Source: Raillietiella orientalis | Taxonomy: Eukaryota | Assembly (NCBI GenBank): GCA_036172245.1 | Contig: JAYWIR010000029.1 | Span: 868,001-932,000 of the forward strand | Direction of reading: 5' to 3' | Length of the DNA: 64,000 nt | Shown: positions 14,201 through 26,835 of the stretch, one piece after another | Numbering within the stretch: the stretch's first letter is position 1 | How the letters are laid out: every line of letters begins with the position of its first letter | Program-made: the position numbers and the translations under genes | The notes under the pieces: model-generated | The model's database searches: none | What the model was told of the DNA's origin: nothing | Seen by the model: the letters and a program-made list of their open reading frames with translations, nothing else

Positions 14201-17200
14201 CGTCTGGCGATTGGCTGCATATTGTGGCACTTTTATGACTGGTTTGTTATGATGTTCCAACGTGTGTAGACGAATGGATACAGAATCCAAAAGAGTTAAT
14301 TTGGTGGCTGCGAAAGTCCTCAAACTTATTCTAAGAAGCACATCGGGAGATTCGTGTTCATTCGCACATCTGCGTATTTCCTTAAGGACGATCATATGAA
14401 TGCTCACTATTAACTTGTGATTCATCCTCCGAATTCCCTTCGTGACGCAAAGCACATACATCCTATTAGAATTTTCCTCGATAACGGAACCAGGGTTTAC
14501 TACTTCCGTCTCAGGAGCGGGAGTCAACAGAATCTCTCATCACAAGAATGTCCCAGGAGTCCTGGAGGCGGAAGTGGAGAAAAATGATGCCCATGTCCTG
14601 CAGTCGCTTCGGCAACACACCGCCGTTCCCCTTTGCAACTGATCAGCTCCTGATCGATCGCTCTCGCCAGCCTTTTGTAACAGGCAGTGATTAATCCGAA
14701 TCATCTACACTCCAAGCAGATAGGTACAGAGGGCAGATTCTGTCTCCAAAAATAAGGAAAGTCGAGCTGTGACTTCAACGACCGTTGAATTCATCGTTCT
14801 TAAAACGTGAGGCAAAATCCGAGCCAATATCTCTCGGAAGATCACTGCCTGACACTAGATTTGAAGCGTAGGCTCTTCAAGGAGAACGAAAAAGCACTTC
14901 CAGAAAGAGCAAAGAAGTGCAAACACAGTCAGTTGCTATGAAACAGTAGGCGTTATTTTCAAGCTGCCAATGAATACAGCAAGCGAACTGCTTCAAGATG
15001 TTCGAGACATCGAAGACCACACGCGGAAATCCGATTGTCTTCAGGAACCTCGAGCAGAAAAGGCGATGGTCGATTTCCTGGATGCGGTTTTCGTATCGAA
15101 CTTTTCAGCACTGAAGTCCGATAGTTGGTATTTTCCTTGTGCTACAGGTTCTACGTTCACGAGTCCCAATCCCTGAACTACTTTCTTTAGAATCAGAATC
15201 AGAATCAGGCTCCTGGGTATATCAGAATGCCTTCGGGAACCTTGAGCGCAAACCTATCAAAGAATTCGCTTGAAGATTCAAGGAGCCTACTCCTTGGCAT
15301 TTCTTTTGCTGTTGTTATTTTTCCGTGCTACCTTCTTCCAATCCACCAAGTGTTTTAGTATCTCTCTCCAAAACTAAACCGTGCATCGCAACACCAAGCG
15401 TTCATAAGCAGTCCCCTCAACGACATTCGTTTCGTTCTTGGACTTCCGGTGAAACAGCGGGAACGTACCCAAAGGAATTGACAAAATCTTTTCGACATTC
15501 TTCCATCTCATTTTCTTCCTTTTCCGGACTTCAATAGAACCACCGTCCGTCTATTTTATGAATTTTCTCCATCATACATTTGTAAATTCGATTTCCTCTG
15601 TTCTTTTGAAGTTTTTTTCTTTTGTGCTTGTAGATGGGGAGGGGGAAGGGGGAGAGGAACTTTGTAGGATCTTCTTGAAGAGTTTTCGTTTTTAGGTATC
15701 CCTGAGAGAGTGGAGGGAAGGAATCTTCTTGCATAAATGTGGAGCTGCATTACTCAATGAGAACTGGGTCATAACTGCGGCCCACTGCATCGAAAAGTAA
15801 GTGAAGTCAGACTGACCACCTTATAATTGATGTACTGATACCCATATACCGTATACCTTCCCTGTGTGTTCCAAGAAGCCTTCTTACCAGAACACTTCAC
15901 TCAGAAAGAATTCCAACTAACCCAGAGATCAGATTCAGTTTTTCCTTTTCGCTTTTGCAGTAGCCCATCGCGTGTAACGACAAATCAAAGAGCCCCCTCC
16001 TGCTTTTGTAGCTACAGTAGAACTGGGTTCTTGGGAACTAGATGAAGATTTACCCTTGTATAGAGAGGGAACACAACTTTCGGGCTGTTTTTTTTTTTTT
16101 TTTTTTTCGTGCAACATGACATACGTATGGTTTAATAACATTGCTCTCTGGTCATGAGGCCCTCAATGGCCGAAGCACTTCGTAGCACTTCCTTTTGAGG
16201 CAAACGATTGAAACTTCGTCTGCATTCCAAGTCTCCACAAGGGAGATCGGAACAGGACCTGAGCTTTTCTTCTTCTCTGCGTCGTAAATGCCCTCGGACT
16301 TCTTGTTTCACCCATCTGTTTTCTCTTTCGATTCTTAAACAGCGCGCGTCCTCCGGCCCAGTTTTCTGTCATAGTTTCCGGTTCTCACGAGGCCAAGCTT
16401 TGCACCTCATTTGGTCCTACATTCCACACTTTGCCGCATCTTGAATCCTTGCACTCTCCATACGCAATGGTACAGAGAATCCTTTTGCTGTCTGAGCGTC
16501 GGTGAGGTCTGTAAAGTCAGAACGTAATACGTGGGAGTGTGACTTTTCTTGTAAACGCTCATCATTTGGTTGTGATTGGCTGGAGGCTTCAGGAGTTTAC
16601 GTCATCCAAAGAGTGAGGTGCTCACGTGGGTGTGCTTGGCGAGAGCCGTTGATCTGTGAGTCGCTGGATGATGCTTCCAGCACTCAGCGCGAAATCCATA
16701 ATGCTGACAAAACAAGCACTCGGCTCAAGAAACGTGGTTGAAAGAAATCCACGTGCGTGGATTTCGTTTCCATCACGTCGGCGCCGTACTTTTCGTAGGC
16801 CAAACGAGAAGACGTCAGAAAAACTAACCCATCGAGAGCAAACGAGATGCGATTTCCATGTGGGACAGTGTGCCAATATCTGGCTCTTTTCTCCCAAAAC
16901 AAAAATCCATTTGAGACCCAAGTAACGGTTACGCAGATCCGGAAACGTGGCCGCTCCGAGAGGTGAACGAATTCCTCCAATAATCCGTGCACCGAGATAT
17001 TGCAAAGACCGGCTGGATGGATCGCGGGAGGGGAAGTGGGGAAGAGCAAAGACCGATGATTTTCGTTTAAAGGGTCCTGAGATGGATAGTGGACTCATTT
17101 TTGCCCTGCGCCTTTTTTTGCTTCAGTTTTTCAAATCCTTCCTTCTCCTTTCTGTACCTATGTCTCCATGAACTTTGATGTGCCGGGGCCACAATGGCAT

Positions 17201-19728
17201 CCCTGAAAGAAGGAAAAAATCAGATTGTGAAGTCACGTGTTTGTCCAAACTCCGGTGCTGCTTCGTAATATATACGGATAAACTGCGTTATCGATGAAGG
17301 GGAGACCTCGTTAGCTGGGCTGGCTGTAGGGCTTCGTTAGAGCTCTCTTTTTCTGTTTTAAAACATTCCGGAAAGTTTTTCTTTTGGTGCATCTGTGATG
17401 TGCATGAGATAAACAGAAACACTAGTAAGAGGACCGTCTCTTGCGCTTCCAAGAGAGCCGTCATCGTTTGCGAAGTGCTGCTTCCGTTTGAAAGTCCTGA
17501 AGTTCGCGAGGAACGGGTCCTGCGGCAGAGTAGTGGTTTCGGCATCCGTCCGTTTCCATCAGTCCATCTACGGTCAGTCATCTGACATCAGAGGATCTTT
17601 GAATGAACGCTGCATTCTTTCTTATAGAAACCAAGTTGTTTTAGAGCATTTTTTTTTTTTTTTTTAATCTGGAACAATAGTCTAAGTTTATATTGCAGTT
17701 TGTCTCTCGAGAACATTCTACTGAGGCTTGGAGAATACGACATGAGCAGCAAAGATGAACCTTATGGATTCGTCGACCGGAAAGTTCAGATCACGGCTAC
17801 TCACCCTTCTTTCAAGCCTCGCATCTACGAATATGATTTGGCCCTACTGAGGTTCTACACGCCCGTCACTTTCCAGCCGAACATCATCCCTATATGCCTT
17901 CCTGAGAATGATTACAACTACATTGGCAGCTCTGGTTACGTCACAGGATGGGGGCGCCTTTACGAGGGTATGTGTTTTGAAAATGGGTCGTTGCAACGTT
18001 CTCACCCGCTTGCAGATGGACCCCTCTCTGCTGTACTCCAAGAGGTGGAGCTTCCCGTCATCAGCAACGAAAAATGTGAAGAGATGTACCAAAGAGCTGG
18101 ATACTCCGAGAAAATTCCCGAGATTTTCCTGTGCGCGGGAACACTTGTAGGAGGAAGAGACTCTTGTCTGGTAATGCCGTGCATTTTGTTTTGACGCTAG
18201 CTTTACGATTCCCGGAAGACCCTTCTGTGCGTGGATCATTCCGATCGTGTGTCGATTCTGGGGGAAGGGAAGGAAGGAATCCTTTAACGATGCTTGACAG
18301 GCAGGAGCTGCTCTTGCAGCCGAGAACTCAGCTCTCGTATCGCTGGAGAAGTTTCGGGAGCAGGCAGCATTTTTTTTTCACGCCAAAATGCGACGAGTAC
18401 TAAGTTTGAGGAGTTCCGACACCGTCGAGTACCGAGATACCACTGATCTGTACGTTCATAGTAGAGTACGGTGCAGTTTGATGCTAAGAGTGTAATAGGA
18501 ATAGGGATGCGACGATCATGCGATGCGTGGTCGTGAGTACCGAGAAAAAAAAAATTGCCTACCCGCTCGTATGCCTCATTTCCGTATTCCACGTCGCTAA
18601 AGAGTTGGAATGCAAATGTAAAGGAGCATTTCTATAGCTCAGGTAGTTTCTTGTTTTTCCGCTAATGAGTCAGCAAAGCTATCCACATTCTAAAAAAAAA
18701 AAAAATTGAGAATTCTTTTTGGATTCTTGAAGTCTCCGCATGTCCATTGCTGGCCGTCCGAAGTCTCAGAATTTTCGGTAAGGTATGCCGGCAGCGTTGA
18801 CAGCTCGTATTTAGGCTATCGGGACTCATCTCCAAGGATTCACCATGGCGTTTGCTTGTGACGTCCTTTCAGCTGCAGTTCCTCTCATGTTTCTTGCGTT
18901 CCGCCTTCTGCTTCTTTTTCTTCGTTACCGTGATAAAAACGTTTCGTGTTTCGTTTGGATCGCTCCTTCTGATTCCTTTAGTGCATTCAGCACCTTAACT
19001 CAGTGGTAGCAGTTTCTGAAGGAACCTCTTGCAATAGCACTCTCTTGGATCAGTTCACACGGACCAAACCAGCGGGTCCTCAGGTGCAAATGTAAAAACA
19101 TGGTCTCGGTCACCGAACCTGGTTAATCCTGCACGCGCGGATGAAACTTCCTGGACTTTGGCAAACGAGACGGAGCCTTGAGGACAACACTTCAGTCGCA
19201 GTTGGCTATTCCTCTGGATCGGGTTGAAATCGAACCGCCTGTGCGCACTCAGCAGATGGAAGGAACACCACGCAAGAAACAGACTGCAATCAACGTGATT
19301 TCAGTGGCAGCTGGTATTTCATGCAGGAAGGCGAACCACTTTTGGGTTTATTCATTGAGCAACGAAAAGGTGGATCGTTGCATTCGAAGCGGACCGAAAT
19401 GCAGCGGCAGCGGCAATCCTCTTTTGTTTAGAGGACTCCGAGGTGCTCGCATCTTTGCGTTCAAGTTTTTTGTGTTTTTCTCTTCTCCCTTCACACTTCA
19501 GCTGCAGAATGGACCTCTTCTGAGCATCCTTCTCAGCAGCAAACATGAATTCTCTTTTCGTTGCAGGGTGACAGCGGCGGACCTTTAGTCATCCGAAGGA
19601 AAAATGGAAGGTGGGATTTAGCGGGAATCATATCATGGGGTATCGGATGCGCGGAAGTCAACCAGCCTGGTGTCTACACCAGGATATCCTATTTCCGAGA
19701 GTGGATCAGCCAGATCATACAGTTTTAA
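5209..19728 (+). CDS. Np: Stubble-family (S1A) trypsin-like serine protease, Notopleural/CG11824-like; 5' part incomplete or uncertain
   Basis: Exons: Ser/Thr-rich linker ending 5908 (GAAG|gtaagt; its 5' edge is uncertain), 13489-13565 ([26 protein letters not shown]), 15696-15796 ([31 protein letters not shown]), 17699-17967 ([10 protein letters not shown]...GWGRLYE), 18016-18170 ([11 protein letters not shown]...RDSCL), 19567-19728 (GDSGGPL...[20 protein letters not shown]). All introns are GT-AG with consistent phase. His-Asp-Ser triad and S1 Asp are intact. The Np assignment is from recalled similarity to the Drosophila protein. The N-terminal Cys-rich domain was not found in the window. 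Confidence 0.9.
11820..12115 (+). mobile_element. Decayed Penelope-like GIY-YIG endonuclease remnant
   Basis: [19 protein letters not shown] and [28 protein letters not shown] resemble the Penelope consensus KD..VY.IPC.CG..YIG..GR.L..RI.EH......SALF.H. Frameshifted. Confidence 0.35.
15189..15500 (-). mobile_element. Possible decayed LINE (RTE-like) 3' end with a (GATTCT)n tail
   Basis: (AGAATC)3 microsatellite at 15189-15206, next to minus-strand DWKKVAR, which loosely resembles an RTE C-terminus. Confidence 0.25.
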
Positions 19729-19967
19729 TCTCCGAGGGAGCACGAACCTTTGCGGAGCAGGTCCTCCTACCCATGGCTCCGAACGCGAAGAAGAGTCTCC
19801 AAAGATACTGCCTTTCAAGTTGAGGATTCCGGGCGTGAATGCAGCAGGCCACGCTCCCCTTAAAGTGCTGCTCGTGCAGTGACTTATAGATTTTTTTTCA
19901 AATTCCATGGATTTCCAATGATTCTTGAACAAAATGCGATGAGGACATGTGACTTGATTGTGAAAGA

Positions 19968-19977
19968 AATAAATAAA
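19968..19977 (+). promoter_or_regulatory. Polyadenylation signal(s) of the Np-like gene
   Basis: Overlapping AATAAATAAA about 240 nt downstream of the stop at 19728. Confidence 0.5.
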
Positions 19978-21803
19978 AGATCATTCATTTCTCACAGCTC
20001 TGAGCGCATGCCCCCCCCCGCAAAGGAGCTCTCATGCTAGGTGAAGTGTATACGGGAAATCCACTGATACTCAAGTCTTTGCTGCTGATCGAATTCCGAC
20101 GGGACAACTGTGTAGGTGCACGCTCACAGCAATAAAAACATACCAGCCTGCTACCATCCTTGGCTAGAGTATGCTTTTGAGCCTTCCAAGCCAACCAAAA
20201 CAACCAAACCTACCTAACGTGCAGACTGCATCATGCGGTCCAGTTGCATGAATTCTTTTTCTTTCTTTTCCTTCGATCCTCACAGACATTCGCGTCCGTG
20301 GTGCCCGGCGCCGCGCGCGAATGCGCTGGCCACACGTGGCCGCCAACGTGGGACGGGGTTTGCAATTGCTGCAGGTTTGTGTGCGTAACCTCGAATATCA
20401 CCATCACCGTATCCCCCCAGGCTTTAACATGCGAGTCACAATCACATCATTTCATACGTTGGTTGCCAGGTGAGTGCCCAACGAGCAACCGATTTCCCTA
20501 GCTGGGATCACTTGCGGAGTAAAATCCTACCGATCTAATGGAAAGGCTAGCGTTCGGCAGCCGAGATCTAATCAGGGAGTTGATCAGTGATCCGGTGGAT
20601 CACCGCGTATCTACTCAAGATGGCGCCTGAATTGCCTTTCCATCCCCCGCGAAAGGTGACGGATGGAGTCGTGTTCCCAGTCTAAAAGTGAATCACGTTT
20701 AGGGTCCTTCTGATGGATGGCAACCCTGAGGATTCGCTCGTGAGCTGACGTGATGGAGTCGCAATTTCTCATCGAGAACAAAGACAAATGAAACAAGTCT
20801 TTGTGGCTCGCGCTGAACAGCCCATCAGAGGCCATGATGGAAGGGAAAGCGTTCGTGGAAATTACGAGCTGTTTGTCACCGAAGAGGAACTTCTAAAATT
20901 GCTGATTAGGACAGACAGATTACAGATACTGGTGGATTTTCTTTCATCCACGACTTCAAATCTCATGCGTAGATGGAAGAACATTTGCTGTAGTTAAGAT
21001 TTGTTAAAAGTGTTGTCGGAGTTCCGGGCGAGCTGTGACACGGGAAGCTGTTGAGAATCTTTCGAAACGGTGTCCAGATAAAACGCGGTAGATAAAACCG
21101 CAGAGAGCATAAATTGCTAACCAGGACAAGCGAACATCTCTCCACAGAAACGATTCTTTTGCAAGACATGCCGCCGGTGTAGAGGGGGGGAAGCGCAGGG
21201 AGTAGGTGGAAGCGACATTAAAACACCTAAGTGAAGCGTCTGACCAGAGAGCAAAGACAATTGTTTTGCCCACGGGTACGAAGGCAAAGTTCTGGGAATC
21301 TTCCCGGTCCTACAGTTTTTGCCGACTTCCATGCAAAGATGCATCGGGAGGGGAAAGCACTCTTCCGTCGCCTCTTCAGAAGGCACTGATGGGTGCTTAG
21401 CTAGTAGAACGTACTCAGTACGCTTTTCCAAAGTGGTGTAAGAACACATTCAGTGTTTTCATACAACTTTCAAAGTGTGGTGAATAACTTTTGAAGGCTG
21501 CACTCGCAGAACGTTGGGATGAACGCACTGTGCGCTGTGGACTGTAGCAAACTGTACATCTGTTTGATCAGATTCATATTCCGTGTTCATCCCCGGATTC
21601 ACTTTCGTGGGTGTTTTTGAACCCGTGCTTTCGTGAGACCAGGAACTCTGTTCCTCTTTTCCGCCTCGTGAGAAGAATTTCGAGTAATGAAGGGCTAGGC
21701 ACCAGACTTACTGAAAATGCACCTGCACGACATAGCAAATCGTTGGTTCGTTTTTAAACACACAGAGAGGAGGTCACACCCTGGCTTGCTGATCCCCCAC
21801 AAA

Positions 21804-22660
21804 TACGAGACTCATTTCAAAAGCGGATCGGATGAAAAGAAAGAACAAATAAGAGAAACAAAAATGCATTAGGTGGTTCGCAACACATACATCCCCATGT
21901 CGTTTTTCGACGCAGTCACCATTCTTTTCCAAACTCTTCTGATCCCGTGGAAGAAGCTTTTCCAAACCCTCTGCGTAACATTCCTGCTCCTGGGAGTTCA
22001 GTCAGTTCAGCATCGGTGCAGCTTCCAACTCCTCCCTTTCCCCCTCGCGCGTTGAGCCACTTCCTGAGGTGCAGGAAAGAAGACGTGGTAGTCAGTGAGC
22101 GTGAGGTCAGAACTGTAAGGTGGGTGGTCAGAAAAGTTCCCATTTGAATTTCCGAATTGTCTGGAACGTGCGGGCAGCATGTGTTGCCAGGCGCGCGTTT
22201 TCGTGAAGGAGAAGAACAATTCCCGATCTCAGCATTCGACGCCGTCGGTTCTGAATGGCGCACCGCAGTTTTGAAAGCGTTTCACAGTGGCCTTGCGAAG
22301 TGGTGGTCGTTCCAGGCTCCACAAAGTCCACCAAAAGCACAACCTTGTGGTCCCACACACGTCTTCCGCGTCGTTCTGGCTCACGACGTTTTCCGGCACC
22401 TCAAGAAGTGGCTCAACGATCGAGGGGGAAAGTGAGGAGTTGGAAGCTGCACTGATGCTGAACTGACTGAACTCCCAGGCAGCAGAATTATATGCAGAGG
22501 GTTTCGAAAAGCTTCTTCCACGGTATTGAAAGTGTTTGGAAAAAAATGGTGACCATGTAGGAAAACGACACGGGGCTGCATGCGTTTCGAACCACCAATT
22601 CATTTTTGTTTCTCTTATTCGTTCTTTCCTTGTATCCTAACTTTTGAAATGAGCCTCGTA
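21804..22660. mobile_element. Non-autonomous fold-back mariner derivative
   Basis: TIRs TACGAGACTCATTTCAAAAG (21804-21823) and CTTTTGAAATGAGCCTCGTA (22641-22660), both with TA ends. Minus-strand transposase remnant WDHKVVLLVDF..LLLHENAR..WELF..HPPYSSDL. The approximately 280-bp arms are inverted copies of the transposase 3' end (LKKWL..AEGFEKLLPR..CLEKNGD). Confidence 0.85.
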
Positions 22661-25194
22661 TTATCATCTTCGAAACAAATCTGCTTAGTAGGTATGCATT
22701 TCTCTGTTATTTCTTTTCTGATGAAATTCAGTTGGCTCTTCAGTGAAGGGTGAATCTCATCGCGATTTTTCAAAGTAGAGGCTGGATCGAGCCAAAGTTC
22801 CCTTCCGAGATCATCATCAGTCATCAGTGATTGAACTTTTAGCTGCATAGGAGTCCGCAGTTTCACATTCCTCTCATTTTTATGGGTCCGAAAGCAGCAT
22901 ACAAGGAAACTTCCTCTTAGACAAGAAAGAAACTAACTGTAGAGGATTCGAATATCAGAAATGGATACTTTAAGCAATGGGAAGGTTCTTGACGTTCTTG
23001 TGCTGCAAAACAAGACAAGAGCTTCGCAGACCCTTCTGCTACGGAAGGCTCAAAGAGAAAGAGAGATCCAGCTCGAAAGCTGGAATCAGCTTCAGCCTGT
23101 CAAATGGATCGTGTTTCAAACAACGGCGTCGTGTAGGTTGGATCCTCACGAGAGGGCAAGGCTTCAGTCACTCCAGCTGATGTGAACTCTCCTTCCATCA
23201 GCTGACGAGGTCGCTTGTCCACGTGTTGCTTCACGGTGTCAAATCTGCGTTGTTGGCGCTTCCACCAAAGCAAATTCAAGCCGCGAAGAACAGGGAAAGC
23301 TTCACAGTTTCGAATGTGCTGAACTCGTGACGGAAGGAGATAAAAGAGGGGGGATGCTAAGATTTCGAAAGATGCAGAGAGCTGAGGATGTTCCCTTCGC
23401 GCAACAGGCTCGGAAATGGGTGTTAGGAACAGTCTCCCAATGTGCAAACGAATCTTTCAAGAGATCTCCTGATGTGATTTAAAAGTAGCACGGAAAGTAT
23501 CAGCGCGGATCAGAACAGCACACTTCATGGAAGGATGCACCTCGAACTGATGCCGAAGCTGGTTCTTGGAGTGATGGCCAAACACCCGAAGCTCTCCCGT
23601 TCCTCAAAGATGCTGGTTGCTCCTTATGACTTTCAACACGCTTGATGCATTCTCCGATGGTTTAGCCTCACCTACGAGTGTCCTAACAAAGCAACCTGAA
23701 ATCAGAATAAATATAAAGGATTCTCCTATAATGAGACTCCCCTCAAAAATAGAAACAATCCTTATATAACCATCAGATTAGCCCTGTACAACACTGTTGG
23801 TGAATTTCACTTTTATGGTACAGTGTCAGTCCAACTGTTTTTAAACAGAGCACGAGACGCGTGATTTAAATAGGTTGAATTCATTCAAATTTTCGCGAGT
23901 GAAACCGCTCTGAAAGTTTTCGTTCTGGTTTCCAGCAGGGAGAGCTACAGAATTCCACGATGATGCATCACATATCAGCAGAACTCTAAAGGCCTTTTTT
24001 GGTTTTCAGTTAAATAACACTTTTGATTATTTTTTTTATCATTTTAAGGTGAAATAAAAGAATGTATTCTCTTGTTATGACGTTTAATGAACATTTTATA
24101 TCTTTTATAACTACTATTATTACATTATCCATATATAACACACACAGGGCTCATACAACGCAGCACTACCGCGTTATCGGAAGGCATACCGTACTCTGAC
24201 AGTAATACAATAGCTTGAATTCGCGTGGGGATCCTTGTAAGCACCTTGCGTCTCAGTCAAGGAGGCAAACGCATCATTAATGATGTGGTCATATAAATGA
24301 CGAAGCTTCCGGGAGAAGTAGGGAGGGATATCGGTTCTAAGCTACTGCCCGTCCGTCATCCATTTCTTGAAGGGAATTCCGTCCGCGCATCCCTTATCTC
24401 ATAGACTGTAGATAAACACGGGGACAAACAGAGCTGTTTCCATGGATCGGAAGCTTGAGGGAACAAAGATTCAAACAAAGGTTTTCGGGTTTCTTAGTCC
24501 TTTACCATTGTGGGTTCCTGCCGTGCATCTCCAACGGCGTTTTCTTGTTGGTTTCCTCCAAAGCGGGAGTTGCGATTCCTGTTCCATGAACTGAGGAGCA
24601 AGGATAAAGCCCAGGCACGGGGAACTCCAGAGTGTTTGGAACAGGTGGCTTTTGGTACGATCTCTAGTGAAGTGTGAGACCAAATGATGCTGAACCGGGA
24701 GGACCCACGTGATTCGTCCAAGCGTGTCTTCAGGACATGAAGAATGGGGACAGGTGGCGAGCAAGCGAGGGAACTTCCCTCGGACGCGTTTGTCCAGGCG
24801 GCGAAGACCCTGGCGGGAGCGCCGATACGAGCAGCGGGAGATCGCTTCCTGAAAGAAGGGTCAGTCCGACCATGTGATCAGCTGCCCTGAGGGAGACGTT
24901 AGGAATCAACCAGAACAGCCAGGGGCTACTCCGCTGGGTCTTTTTAGGTTCAAGCCAAAGGTTTCCCATCCCCCTGGTTCGTGGACTCCTCCGCGCAGTT
25001 CTTTTCGGTAAGAATTTGCCAATGATCTTAGCACTTAGGTGCGTGGATTCCTTGGAATTTGGGGGAACTTAAGAGCACTGGCAACCTGGGCTCTCTGCCC
25101 CAGCGCGTCCTCGAAAGGGCGCAGCGCCAGCTGCTTCCTGGTAAAGTCATTCCGCTGTTTTGCTGTTGCCTCTGCAACAGCAAAACAGCGGAAT

Positions 25195-25845
25195 TCGAGA
25201 TGGATGACTGTCCAGGAGGTGACCTCAGACACCCACACGAGGTCCATTATAAGGAAGAGCTTCAAGTAGATGAGGACCCATGGTCGTATCCTTGCACGCT
25301 CTCATCAGCCTGACCACTGTCGTCAGGAATAACGTGATGTTGGCAAGCAGCAGGGCCGCAATGGGCCGACAGAAATAGAAGACCGATATGCTTCCCACCC
25401 CTGACTCGAACCAACAGCGCTGCAAGCCGATGTTTAGCCTTTAAAGTGAAATAGCTCCAGCTCCGGGCTGCAGTCCGTGATGGTGTAGGCGTTGTCGGGG
25501 ACGATCGCCACGATGGAGATGATCAGAGGTCAGATCAGAGATCAGATCCCCCCACGCATATCAGCAGTAGCCGAGGAAGCGGAGCGTGTCGCTGCGTCTT
25601 CTGAGTCCGGAGTTTAACACCGTGAACATCCACCAGATGCCAAAGCTCATGACGTTCAGCTAGAACAACGTGGAGAGGAAGGCGAACATCAGCGTCACAC
25701 CCAGAGTCTTGCAGGACGTCTTGGAGAAGTACCCGAAGATAAGCTGCGCCACAATGAAGCGGAGGAAGGTGAACAGCAGGCTGAGGATGTACTGGACGTT
25801 CCTCAGCACTACGGCGACGGAGTAGACAAGCAGCCGATGGGATTC
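25195..25845 (-). pseudogene. Methuselah-like (family B) GPCR pseudogene, intronless and truncated
   Basis: Translation gives CKTLG..FAFLSTLF*LNVMSFGIWWMF (TAG where W is expected), RFLGYC*YAWG, RCWF..VFYFCRPIAALLLANITLF and LKLFLIMDLVWVSEVTSW, i.e. Mth-like TM2-TM6 motifs with several stops and frameshifts. The ectodomain and TM7 are missing. Confidence 0.8.
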
Positions 25846-25849
25846 AGAG

Positions 25850-26835
25850 TGCTGCCTCTTCTCTTTGATCTTAGCTTGAAGGTCGAGGAGCGCTTTAGTA
25901 GGGATATACAGGAGACCTCGAGCATCCTGCGACTCTTCCAGAGCAAGAAAGATGAGAAAGAACAAGGGCTCCAGAATTGTTGACCTGGAGTTTTCCCTAG
26001 GCGATGACTCTCGCGTGAGCATCCGCACTCCAGATGACCTCACAGGTGAGCTTCCGGACAAGTGAAGGACGGCAGCTCCAGCAGCAGCACTCTCTCGAAG
26101 GGTCCGCAATGCTTTTGGACAGACATACCCTCTTCTTGAAGTGGCAGGAGTCAGTGCTGCTGCTGCTGCACTGGGGTCTCTCGTGCAACGCACGCCGGCA
26201 TCATTAGACACGGAGGGGAGGTGTGGACTCGAACTGTGGCAGGTTCGGGGAGCACGGATCCCTCCCGCGCCTGCTCGTGGACTATGCTGCCCTCCAGCCC
26301 CTTTGGTAACTCTTCGCCGCGACCCTCCGTATCCCCGAAGGCAACCCCAGATAGATGCTGAGAAGCGCCTCTCCGTTCGCGACGCCCTGACGCCAGCCGC
26401 GTCCCCAGCAGCAGACTTTGCTGAGCACGCGGGATCGTGGCGCAGCACGGAGCGATGCAAGAGAACGGAGCGATAGGGATGCCATCTGCTTTGCTGTCCT
26501 CTTCCTGAGGATGGCAGTAAGATGGCCCCCACCTGGAAGACAAAATCCAGCAAGAGCTTCCAGGCATCCTCCAAAGGATGCAGAGCACCGCCTCCAACAG
26601 AACGTAACCCCTTTCCGTACCCCATTCCACCCCCAAATCTATTTTTTTATTTTTGTTCCTTTTTCTTTTTTGCTTGCCACCTCCCCTCTGCTGCCGTGGC
26701 GGACCTCACCGGTCTGCGAACCGGTAACCCGGCAGACTCCCCTTGGAATGGACGTGGTTGGACCACCGGTCCAACCACAATCTTTGTAAATGTTTATTTT
26801 CACATTAAATAGACGACCCGGAGCACCAGGGTGAA
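25850..26835 (+). mobile_element. 3' fragment of an L1/Tx1-like non-LTR retrotransposon (copy 1)
   Basis: Degenerate zf-RVT-like region KWQESVLLLLHWGLSCNARRHH*..DSNCGRFGEHGSLPRLLVDYAALQPLW (decayed CCHC motif), then a structured 3'UTR. Homologous to 28660-29232. The 5' boundary is approximate. Confidence 0.65.

Noticed and set aside
21360..21410. Hairpin plus CTAGT resembling a Helitron 3' end
   Set aside because: The stem is short and no 5' end or second copy was found.
24140..25140. Possible further decayed LINE ORF2 on the minus strand
   Set aside because: Only vague motifs (LPLWRKP, SSWNRNRN); insufficient to call.
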